DNA of 64,000 nt, taken from the human T2T-CHM13v2.0 reference genome, Homo sapiens. How positions within the stretch are numbered: the stretch's first letter is position 1; each line of letters starts with the position of its first letter. The notes beneath the pieces were generated by a model that saw only the letters and a program-made list of their open reading frames with translations, did no database searches and was not told the origin of the DNA. The stretch lies in NCBI RefSeq assembly GCF_009914755.1, contig NC_060942.1, one strand, 5' to 3'. Both the position numbers and the translations under genes were made by a program. This document shows, piece after piece, positions 12,071-23,983 of the stretch.

Positions 12071-12756
12071 TTAATTTCAATATCTAATTTTCAAGTTTGA
12101 CATGTTTTGATGATTAGCCATTTGTATTTTAATTTAAACATTATCTTATAATTGAAAGTTAAATATGCAGCTTCAGATCATCTTTTCTTCTTTACATGTG
12201 AAAGAAATATAAAACATTTTAATGCTAAATTTGCCTTTATAAGCCTTCGGTTATTAGGAAACTGGTTAGAATATTGCTTAGGACAAAAGAAAAATCTGTT
12301 CATTTACATTTTATTTTTCTTAACCTTATTTGTCTCCTTTCACTCTGGATAAATAGAAAAATTAATTCTGAGACATTCCTAAAGCTCTTCTGGGCTCTAA
12401 ATTAGATCAAGTTGGGAGTTTTCTTCCTTATTACACTACTTCTTCCCTGCTGACATCAAGTCTCTTGTCTCTGTCACTTGTGTATAGCATGTGCTGTTTG
12501 TCTTCCCAATTAAATTGAGAATCCCTTATGATTATCACTCAGCAAGTTAAGAAAATATCTGAGACCTAAAACTATCATTTGCATAAAAATATGTATGAAT
12601 ACGATTAAGCAAATATTGCCATATTTTATGAAGTTTTCAACAACTGGAAATAAGAAAGCTTATTGAGGAGTAACAATTTTAGAAAATTATATTACAACAT
12701 GATCAGAGTATTATCTGTTAGATTACTAAGATTACTATTTAAATGCAATAAAAGCA

Positions 12757-13042
12757 TTTTTTTTTTTTTTTTGAGTTGGAGTTTCGCTCTTTTGCCCAGG
12801 CTGGAGTGCAGTGGCGCAATCTCGCACACTGCAACCTCCACCTTCTGGTTTCAAGTGATTCTCCTGCCTCAACCTCCTGAGTAGTGGGGATTACAGGTGC
12901 TGGCCACCAGGCCTGGCAAAGTTTTGTATTTTTAGCAGAGAAAGGGTTTGGCCAGGCTGGTCTTGAGCTCCTGACCTCATGATCCGCCCGTCTCGGCCTC
13001 CTAAAGTGCTGGGATTACAGGCTTGAGCCACCACACCTGGCC
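12757..13042 (-). mobile_element. AluS SINE
   Basis: Poly-T followed by a complete reverse Alu dimer ending ccacacctggcc. Confidence 0.97.
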
Positions 13043-13709
13043 CACAATCAAAGTATATATATAAAACTGTTGTACATTAGATAGATATTCTATGTTGTTA
13101 GAGGAGACACTAGTGAGATAGTTGGTGGTCAAATGAATTCCTATGAATAATAATTTAAATCAATCCAAGTATTCCCTTAATATGGCTACACCAAATTTTG
13201 CCATTGTCATCTGAGTTTTATGCAGCTAATATAATAATTGTGGAACATGGAAATATTATGTGAATTTTAAGCAAAAAGTTAGGATGTAAAATTATATGTA
13301 CATTATTACTATCATCATGTAAATAATATATTTATGTATATAAATAACTATTGCAAGCACAGAAAAACGCAGCACTGTGTTACATAGCATTATGAGTGGT
13401 GACTATTTTAGGATTTATCAAACTTTCTGTAATGCTGTTAAATTATCTCCCTAAATATAATTTAAGTGCGTGTTGCAGAACACTATGTGCTGTGTGATCT
13501 ATACGTTTTTAATTTGTAGCTGTCTCTTTCTTTTTTGCCAGTAAAGGGATGAGTAGGGCAGACATTAGAAGATATATTCCTTCTAATTTATGGAAAAGAG
13601 TACATGTGGCACAAATTTTTATCATTTTAAACAACTCTACATTTTCACAGTTAAAAACTTAAAATTTAAATTAAAAAATTATGAGGTATAAAAATCTTTA
13701 GATAATCTT

Positions 13710-14217
13710 AGCCAGCCTTCTTTGTAGCCTCCAATGATTCTCTCCTGCTGATATTCACACCTTTATTTCCCTCCCATAATGAATCAGAGATAGTTGGTGT
13801 GACCACAGTGAATGTGACATTGTATGACTTCTAAGGCAAGATCATAAAAGGCCTCATAACTTCTTCCTTGGTCTCCTAGATCACGTGTATTGGGGGGAAG
13901 GCAATAACCATACCATAAAGACACTCAAGTAGCCATGTAAAAGAGCCCAAGGGGATAGAAACTGAAGCCCACAGACAACAGCCAGCATCAACTCCCTGGC
14001 CATGTGAGTGAGCCGTCTAGGAAGTAAATTCTGTAGTTTCACTCAGACTTCAGATGACTGCAGCCCTAACCAGTCTGCAATATCATGAGAGACATTGAGC
14101 TCGAACCCCCGCTGCTGAATTCCTGACCCAAAAGACCTATGTGAAATAATATAATATTATTGTCATTTTAAGCGACTACATTTTAGGGTAATTTTTTGTG
14201 CAGTAAAAGATAACCAC
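13710..14217 (+). mobile_element. MaLR solo LTR, MLT1F-like
   Basis: gccagcatcaact, ccatgtgagtgagcc, cttcagatgactgcagccc, gaattcctgaccca, ttttaagcgacta. Confidence 0.8.
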
Positions 14218-14381
14218 AGCATAATTCATGGTCTTTCTGTTATTTAGAAGTCATCAGGAGCTCTGTGCTGCCTTTTAGATGTCCCTGAAGTAAGCTGTTG
14301 TACATATGGCCAACACATGCTTTCTGAAACAGTAGGGGTATTGTTAGATATGTCTTGTCGTGATGGCTCTGGGATGCACAG

Positions 14382-14766
14382 TGTATTAGTCCATTGGTAA
14401 TTTATAAAGAAAAGAGGTTTAGCTGGCTCATGGTTCCACAGGCTGTACAGGCAGCAAGATGCTGGCATCTGCTCGACTTCTGGAGAGGCCTCAGGAAAGT
14501 TAGAATCATGGCAGAAGGCAAAGGAGGAGGGAGCACCTCACATGGCCAGAGCAGGAGGAAAAAGGATGAGGGGAGGTGCAACGCACTTTTAAACAACTAG
14601 ATCTCATGAGAGTTCACTATTGCAACAACAGCACCAAGGGGGATGGCGCTAAACCATGAGAAACGGCCCGCATGATCTGGTCACGTCCCAACAGGCCCCA
14701 CCTCCAAAACTGGGGATTAAAATTGAACATGAGACTTGGCTGGGAACACAGATCCAAACCATATCA
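14382..14766 (-). mobile_element. MSTA MaLR solo LTR
   Basis: tgtattagtcc...ggtaatttataaagaaaagaggttt...cacagatccaaaccatatca; short internal deletion. Confidence 0.9.
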
Positions 14767-16324
14767 CCCACCATGATGACTTTTTCCATCACTGATCACC
14801 TGATGCCTTCTCATTACTTATTCTGAAATCCCAGGGAAAAAAGTCCTAATATATGTGTATAACAGAAAGGTGATACTCAAATGGATAGACATTTTCTGAC
14901 TAAGCGGAAGTGTTTCAAATACTTTGCTTAGCACAGTCATTGTATTTGTTCAACCCCTTAGATTTTTTGCCACATGGATTATTAGAAACCATATTCTATT
15001 TTTGTTATTTAGAAGTATGGTGCTTCAAAGCTACAGAACAGTGCATAGATGAACATGAAGTATACCACTTAGATAATTTGGAAATAAAATTTCTTTGTTT
15101 GCACACGAGATTCTTTGGTAAAAAGGAAAAGGGATTCAACAGTGCCAGCTAAATATAATTTTCTAGACCTAATTTTAAAAATGAGTAATTGTGAGATAAC
15201 AAATGATAAAAAAAGGTCTGGTAGTTCGTAAAATTTTAATGTTATTTATACTGATGCAATCTAGCTACCTAAAAATATAATTTCAGGTCATAGGTTCAAA
15301 AGGCAGATTTCAAATCTTATATTTGTTAATATCAATGCTGTGAATTTGCTGAAATGAAAAGTTACAGAAAATGCAGCTAAGAATGTAATTTTAGCAATGT
15401 ATCCCTAAAAACAAAAAGTGAGAGAGGACACATTTTTACATTTATGCCAGATGAAGAATATAAAAGGAAGCGGGAAGCAACCTGAACAGAAGTTGGTGCT
15501 GTCACTGACACAAAGAAGGATTTGAGACCTTCTTAGTTATGATCTAAGGCCTGTTTATTAACTTTCTAGTATCAAACTGTCATTCATTGTCTTAGAAACA
15601 TATTTTTCTACTGTGGTCCCTGCTCCACTCAAATTCATTGTTTCATTTCTGACTCATTTGCTAAGATATGCTCTGCAGCATTTATCAAAATCTCTTCTAT
15701 ACCAAAACCAAAGAGGAAAGCCAAATACTACCTAAGACACATTGGCACCTGAGTATATATTAGAAAACTATGCAAATAATAATTGCAGCTTTTGCCAGAG
15801 CTCAATTTGCTACTTCAGAGATTATATTGCTTATAACCCAACTGCAACTTGCTGCTGTGGCACTGACTGGTATTTCCAGTGTCCCCATACGTAGTTCTAA
15901 TAGGGTTACTAATATTTTAATAATATTTGAATTCCTTTGTCATAATGAATGTGCCAACCACTTTCCAAAAATTTCTCATTTACTTAGTGTAAACCAACCT
16001 CCCTACTTCTATATTCTGAATTAGATACAATATCCATGTGGACCAACCTAAAGAATAAAATGAAGTGGGCATTGGAATTCTTTAAAAATGCTTGATATTT
16101 AGTTCTTTTCTTTTTGCAAAGTGTGACATTTATTAAAATTCTGTATCAAGTGGAATGTAAAACAAGAGACAATCTTGATACAGTTGAGAGAATTTGAATA
16201 ATAAATAGATATTTCATTTAAAAATAAATTGATTAAAAACTAAGGACTGATTTCTGTTTATCTGTATGATAATGGTGTTGTGTTCATTTCTTGAGAAGCT
16301 CTTGTCTTTAAGAAATACTGACGT

Positions 16325-17140
16325 TGTTTTCATTGTATATATTTAAGGTATACAAATTGTTGATTTGATAGAGGTATATATTATGAAATAATCACCAAAA
16401 TCAAGATAATTAACATATCTATCACCTCACATAATTACTTTTTTTGGAAATGAGAACACAAGATTTACCCTGTTAGCAATTTCAAGTTTTCAGTATATTA
16501 TGTAGGATATTGTTCACCATTATCAGTCCCTGAGAGGAGTATACCATGCACTGGTTACCAATCCCAGGGGAGAACTTTAAAAACACTGCTAATTTCTACT
16601 AAGCTTCCTAGATCTGGCAGAAGGTTTTGCACAAACTTAACTATGGGATTTATGAGATCAGTGAGACAGAACACTCACACAAGTGAGACAAAGCAACTTC
16701 ATTATTCATAAATAGGCAGAAAGAATCAACAGAAGGCTGGGATCCATGGTGACCAAGTCCCCCAAAGCTCAGAAAAGCTGCACAGAATGGATGAAGTATC
16801 ACCAGCACATGACCCATTTTACACCATAGCTGAGCAACCCCAAAAGCACTCTACTCTGTCTTTTATACTCACGTGGGTGTGCAAGGGTCACTAAGATTAC
16901 TGAGCTCAAGCATTACAGGACATCCTATTCTAGAAGGGACAAGGACAAAGCCTAGGCTGTCATGGACAGTTCCTCCTTATCTCAGGATATTGCAGTCTTA
17001 GTACGTTCTACCCAAGAATTGCAAGCACAAAGGGGAAGATCTGGTCACCGAAGATCATTTGGGGACCTGTCCTCTTGCAAAGTATGGTATTGTTACCTAT
17101 AGTCATCATGCTCTACATTAGATCTCCAGAAGCTATTTGT
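16325..17140 (-). mobile_element. L1MA-type 3' end split by an LTR insertion
   Basis: attgtatatatttaaggtatac...atcacctcacata (16330-16500), resuming ctatagtcatcatgctctacattagatctccagaa (~17080-17140). Confidence 0.7.
16501..17079 (-). mobile_element. ERVL solo LTR (LTR47/LTR52-like)
   Basis: tgcactggttaccaa, gtgagacagaacactcacac, ccttatctcaggatattgca, ggggacctgtcctcttgca. Confidence 0.6.
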
Positions 17141-17168
17141 ACAATTTCAAGTCTTCAGGCTAGAAGTC

Positions 17169-17610
17169 TGTAATGGTTAGTTATATGTGACAACTTGACT
17201 GGGTTAAGAGATGCCTGGATCACTGGTAAAGGACCCTCATTCACCAGTGTAAACAGGTATCCAATCCAGTAAGGGCCTGAACTGAACAAAAAGTCAGAGA
17301 AAGGGCAAATTTTTTATCTCTGCTTGAGCTGAGACATTTATCCACTCCTGTCCTTGGACATCAGTCCTTCTGTTTTTCAGGCTTTTGGACTCAGATCAGG
17401 AATTACACCATCAGCCACCTGATTCTCAGGCCTTCCAACTTTGACTGAATTATATTAACCAGATTTCCTGTTTCTCCAGTTTGCAAACAGTAGACCATAG
17501 GACTTCTCAGCCTGTGTAACCATGCGATTCAACTTTTATAAATCTCTCTCTTTCTCTGTATATTATGTATCCTATTGATTCTGTGTCTTTGATAAACTCT
17601 GACTTATATA
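17169..17610 (+). mobile_element. MLT2 (ERVL) solo LTR
   Basis: tgtaatggttagttatatgtgacaacttgactggg ... tcctattgattctgtgtctttgataaactctgact. Confidence 0.88.
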
Positions 17611-18013
17611 AAACCTTTGGGATGGCAAAGCTGCGTTGTACTCCTGAGAGTCCACAATGTGATAGGGGTTTGTTTTCTTCACTCTGTGTCTTGTTGTCTG
17701 GTCATTCAAGCAGCATTGTATGTGTTTCAATGTTCTACAACTTCTCCAGGAAAACAGCTCCTCCAACTTTTGTCTGTACTTTTTATTCCATAAGGTCATA
17801 TTCCAGATTTTGATTTGAGCCAGATCAATCAGTGTCTTTAACAGATATTGTACCGCCCACTTGTCCCTTCTTCACTGCTCACTTTCATTCCTTACCAGGG
17901 ACTCCTCAAACAACCCCACTTTCAAATTTTCTTTCAGCCAAAAATTCTGGAGCAAATTGATACCTGGTACACCTGTCTCTCTGGTTTATCTGAAGATATT
18001 CTGAGATATGTCC

Positions 18014-18592
18014 TAAAGGGAATCAGAATATACTGTTTTAATATATGCTTTTTTGGGGGGGCGGGGGCAGAATAATTATTTTGAGCTGAAGACATTTGAG
18101 ATTCTACAGATTCACAAAGAAACCTTCCCAGACCTTCCCTTAGCTGGGTAAAAGCAGACTTCTGAGAAATAAGGAGTGCCATAAATCCCCTCTCCAAGGG
18201 AAGTTTTATTGCTAAAAGAAAGCAGAAAATCAGTGCCAAGACGAACCTGCAGACACACAAAATCTTGTTAAGATAGCCCTTATTTTCCATTAGTTTCCCC
18301 CTATATTTACCTTCCCATAGTTTGCTGCACTTGGAAGCCACACACCTTTTTCCTTTGTTTTGTCACATCTCCACAATTTATTGTTATTTGTTAAAATGGT
18401 ATATAAGCTTTAAGCCCTCTCTGCTTCTTTGGGTCATCACTTTTCTAAGAAGTCTCCTGTGTCATGTCAATTATATCAAATAAAATTTGTATGCCTTCTC
18501 TCCTATCACTCTGTATTTCTTCAGCCTAGTGTTTAGGGCCTCAGGCAAAGAACCTGAGAGAAAAGAGGAAAAAAAAATTTTCTTCTCATACA
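18014..18592 (+). mobile_element. MER34-like ERV1 solo LTR
   Basis: tcagaatat, ttattttgagctgaag, ccattagtttcccc, gttaaaatggtatataagc, aataaaatttgtatgcc; ends CA. Confidence 0.8.
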
Positions 18593-18770
18593 ATTTGAAT
18601 CTGAGTTTCGGTTCAAGTTGAGCACTTAAGTTTCATAGACTTGAAAAGCAATACCAAAGTTTTAGATTCTTTTTTCTTTTACTTTTGCTAGCATGTGGTC
18701 ACTTGGATATTATTTCCACAACCTATGTTTGTGACAATACCATAAAGGTGAATTAGAAATAGGACAAGTC

Positions 18771-19071
<301 letters not shown>

Positions 19072-19729
19072 AGAAATAGGACAAGTCACACTGTAAACCT
19101 TCTGTTCCTAATCTTTTTAAATAAATGCTGGGTGAAATAAATGAGGGAAAAAGAAGAAACAAAATCAGAAAAAGCCTGTAGCCTAGAAAGTCAATGTGAA
19201 AGGGATAAGAATGATGCTGATAATTCACTACCCTGAACTCTCCCGTAATTTGGAGAATTAAGTTCCAGATTTTTGGAGTGGAGCCACTTCACTATCCTGT
19301 AAAATTTTATCATATAATAAATGACAAAAATAAGGATTTTTATAACCCTTATTTCTAAATTATAAATAACTTCAGAGGAGTTGCTGTAGTCCTTGAATCA
19401 GAATCAAGCTTTTCTCTTCCACAAACTGTATATGATTTGTTTTAAATAAACTTTTATTAACTGCTTAGTTTATTGTCAATCATTTGTAAGTGCTCCCTAT
19501 ACATTAATTCTCCACCTTCTGACATCACTGTCATTAAGATTTAACTCTGTTATTTTATGTGTAATTAGAAGTTTATTGGTTAGTTTGCACAGAAAAAAAA
19601 GATTTTTTTCTTTCAATGGTTAGCAATCTGGAATTTGGAAGTTCTACTTGATCTGGTTCTTTGTAGACCCAATATTTTTTTTTCATACTCTTATTTCTCC
19701 ATTCTGTAGGACGCTTTCCTCATCAGTGT

Positions 19730-20008
19730 GGTTATAACTGGGTCAGGACATGTCCATGTTCTAGCTCTTGTGAAGGAAAAAAAAGAATTGAAGGATAAGA
19801 AATTCACTCTCCATAGGTAATAAGGAAGACGTATACATTGTTTCCACTCAAATTTCATTGGTTAGAACTTAGACACATAGTCACAACTAGCTGCAAAGGA
19901 GAGTAGAAAATTTGGTCTTTACCTGGGTCTTCCAGATACAAAACTAAACTATTTTATTATTGATGAAGGGGCTACATATCTTCAAGGAAAATGAGCTTAG
20001 CATCTACA
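19730..20008 (-). mobile_element. Old MLT1 (J/K/L-like) fragment
   Basis: tttcattggttagaacttagacacatagtcacaactagctgcaaagga. Confidence 0.6.
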
Positions 20009-20599
20009 TTAAAATGAATGCTTTGGCCAAGTCTCTAAGATTATAAATAACTTTGTTATCTATAGTCCGTGAGTTGTGAAACAGACTGCCCTGTAAAATA
20101 TACACAACATAGATAGTCAGAGCTATTTAGAGGCCTCTTGAAGTTCTCACTTATATTGAGGATATAAGAGTTTATGTGTTACAAATTAAAGAAGGATTTT
20201 TGAGGACTATTTCTTTGAAAACATCTGGGTTGTGAAATCCTAAGTGGGAGAATGTGTATTGCTCTGTTAGTCCCTAACCCCAAGCCTTATGAAGTGGACT
20301 TTGAAGAGACTAGAGAGCTTCACACTTCTCTTTTATTGTTTTGGGGAAAATAGGCACTTCTACCTAGAGCATTCAGATGTTAAAGATTGCTCTGCACACT
20401 GTTGCTTTTTTCAGCCTCCCCACACACACCACCACCAACAAAAAAGTTTCTTATGCAATAAACGTCATGCACAACTGAAAAAAGTTTATGTTATTGTTTT
20501 AGGTTCTGTGCAACCTGGTTGCTTGGAATGACTGAAAGACTTCAGTCAAGAGAAGCTGAAAGTACTCCAGGTTATGAGGGGCATTAGCTGGGCCAAGGG

Positions 20600-21010
20600 G
20601 ATGTTGGAATTCGGTGTCTCCACTCCAGGGATCTTTAGAAAACCTCGCTGAAAAAGCAAAGCTGAGTTTATTAAACTTATTGTAGCAAGAGAGGACACCT
20701 TATTGACAGTCTTAATATTATCTTAAAAAGAGAAATTTGGGGCAGGGTGCAGATGGAGCTAAGAGCCTGGCTGAATGATTTTAAGGCAGGATATACCTAG
20801 GATTGAACATGTGTAATAGCTATGGATTGGAAAACAGAGGAAGAAGAGGATCATAAAACAAATTTTGATAGGCAAACTGTATATTGGTGTAGTCCTGCTG
20901 TGTGAGCTGTTAGCCTTCATAAGTAAACTGTTTTAATTATTTTATCTTATTGAGAGCAAGTAGCTAAAGAATGTTTACTTTATCTCAGAATTTTTTACAC
21001 AAGGGCAGGA
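20600..21010 (-). mobile_element. Ancient LTR fragment (LTR78-like; uncertain)
   Basis: aaagcaaagctgagtttattaaacttattgtagcaagagaggacacc resembles an old LTR U5/polyA region. Confidence 0.4.
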
Positions 21011-22867
21011 AATTTACTTTAGCTCCCAGAGACCACGTGTGACAGATGGGCAGAAATGGGGTGAAACACAAGGAACCCACTAAACACTCAGAAGAAAAAG
21101 AGTACACTCAAATGTGTTACTAATTTCTGAGAGCAGTGAGGCTAGATTGTGAAACTATTGCTCAAGTGAGAAATCACCTGCCCGTCCATTCTTCTCCAAT
21201 CTCACAGACTTCTAGGTACCCTAACATCCACCCACTCATCTCAGCACTCTCCCTGAATGAGCAGAAACCACTGTTGAGTATTTGGAAAAGAATGAGTCAA
21301 CCACCATGTGGGAAAAGACAAGGAGCCCATAACTGTGCCCTTTCTCCAGCTGCAGGCTTCCTGATTATCCTGGGCCCACAATGGGGATAAAAAATTATAA
21401 CATTAAATGAATTTTAGTACTTTTGACTATTAAATGAAACTTGTTTTTATAATTACTAAATTGAAGCAGTGTTTGGTGACCTAAAAGGGGACAGAAAAGT
21501 GGTAGTGCTGGCCTTGCTTTCATCCTAAGTTAGAAGAGTCACTTTGATAGGGATATTGAGACACACAAAAAAAGAAAAATGAAATGATAAGTGCTTTGTG
21601 ATATGATACAGAATAACTATTTGTTTAATATATGTATGTAATGGTTATATATGGCTCTAGTTGGATTGCCATTGTGTTTCTTACTAGATCCTTGAGCCAT
21701 CATGTCTTATCTACCTGTGTATGTATGAGTGCATACCTACACATACATACACATACAAGATGAGTTGGCAGGAGAAATTGGAAGATGTTCAATAATTTTC
21801 ACTTTGTAAGGTAAGCTAGCTGTTAACATCAATTTGCTATTTCCTTGAGATACTGTGCCTACTCACTACAGCAGCATAGAAATATCCAAAACTAGAGTAA
21901 TTTTTTTAATTTGATGAATACTAGGAAAATCTGTGTTTATAATTCAATCTAAGTTAATTTAGGAATTTTTATGATTAAATAAAATAGGCTTTTTAATGTA
22001 TTGTTTTCAATATTGTCAAATTACTCATTAAATATCTTTTTATTTTGCATGTGAATACATGACATATAGAAACATACAGGGCCTTACACTGGCTGATACA
22101 TAATAAATGTTATAATAGTGATTATTATATATTTTTTAACTTTAGTAATGCTTTCTCCAACCTGAGTATTTGAGAACCGTATTGAAAAACTTTTTTTGAT
22201 ACATCAGGCCAAATCTAGTCAATATCTTTCAACCTAATGTGTTCCACAGAAGAGTTTTCCAGTGAGAAAGAAGCTGGAATTCAGAAATAGAAGTATTTTA
22301 CCCATCAATGACATAGTATACAACTCCAGGAAAACTCTTTATTCTCTCTGGCTTACTATCTGCATTTCTCACATGGAGAACAATTATCGCCTACCAATAA
22401 AAAATTTGAAAACTGTAGGGAAAGACTACCTTATTATTTTGCATCCCCTAGGAGAAAAGAGTTGGGGTTTTGTGGGGGATGTTTTCCCCTCATTTGGATA
22501 CGTTTTCTTCAGAACCAGTCTGTTCATTTTGTGATAGGCAACTCTTATAACTATAGAAAATGGGAAGACACATCGTGAGGAAAGACGGGCTAGAGAAGCT
22601 AATCAAATATTTATCCTTGTTTTCTAATACATTTTCACCAACACAAATATCCTGTTTCTTTTAACCTTCTATGATTAAATATTTCATTGAACTGGGATAT
22701 AATTTTTAATCTCAGTGTTTTTTTCTTTCCCCCAGCATTAAGCTTGAAATTGTACTTCTTGTTTGAGTGGTAGATGATGATTGTAGCAGTAAGAGAGGCC
22801 ATCAGGAAAGAACAAAGAACATCCCCATATACCCCACTTCATAATTTGAATTTGAGTTTGCAGTAAT

Positions 22868-23055
22868 GTAATGTTTTCTGGAGATGGAGCAGAGAGAGTA
22901 TAAGCAATGCTATCAGACAAAACAGGGTTTGAATACAGTTCAGCCAACTTATTTACATGAACTCAAACCTCAGTGTTCTCCATCTGTAAATCTGGGATAA
23001 TGCTTACCGCATGGGTCTTGTGAAAATTAAATGAGGGAGTGAATGTGAAATAGAG
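22868..23055 (+). mobile_element. MIR SINE
   Basis: gggtttgaatacagttcagcc...cctcagtgttctccatctgtaaatctgggataat...tgtgaaaattaaatgag. Confidence 0.75.
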
Positions 23056-23983
23056 TTCCTCAATCTTCTGGGCTCATGGGAGGTGCACAGCCAATGATCC
23101 TTCCTATCTTTCCTTTCTTACTAGAATAATCAATTACCCTTTCAGTGTACTAATTGTCCTAATTGAAAAAGTTTAATTGTGGCACTTATAATTTTACGTA
23201 TTTCTGATTTTTTAAAAATCTTTTTTCCCTAGTAATTAGTCCCTAAAAATAATTTATTATTTCTTTTTGAACTTTTGAAATAATTAAAAAGTAAAAATTA
23301 CTTCAGCTAGCGCTTTTGTAAAGTGTGTATGTATTTGTGTGTGTGTACGTGTGTGTTTTAAAGCAGTTTATATATTCAAGCCGGAGGCAGGTAACCTTGC
23401 TGCAGAGGAGACAAGAGAAAAGATTGCTGCCTGTATCCTTTGGCTATATGTACGTTTGTTCATTAGGATGGCAAATGGGGATAATGTATTTCAGTGAGTT
23501 CCTATGTGAGATGCATCTTGGAATATAAAATATGAAAACGTTGTTACATAAGAGTGGCAAAACAAAAATAATTAAAGAAAAAGTATCACATTATACCCTC
23601 GTATTTCAAATTTGAGACACTTAATTCTAGCACACATACTTCTTTTCCTGCTTTGAAGCGCATGCAACTTCTTTACAGACTAGTTCAAGATATGGCTGAT
23701 TATTCTCTTTTAATGTGATCAAGTGAGAAAGTTTCACTGATAGACCCTGAGGGACAGCCGATAAGAGCAATGTGGCCCACGCTGGGCTGGGCCTGTCACT
23801 CCTGTCACACAGATTTAGCCTTTTGAAATGCAGATTCTTGAGCCTTGAAATCCCTGGAACTTTGCTTCTTGGACTAAACTACCCCAAAAATCTTCATTTT
23901 GTGAGATGGTTCAAATTGCATGTAGTATTTACAAAACATTTAAAACGGCAATGTTTAATGTCATTATATAATGGCTGTACATC

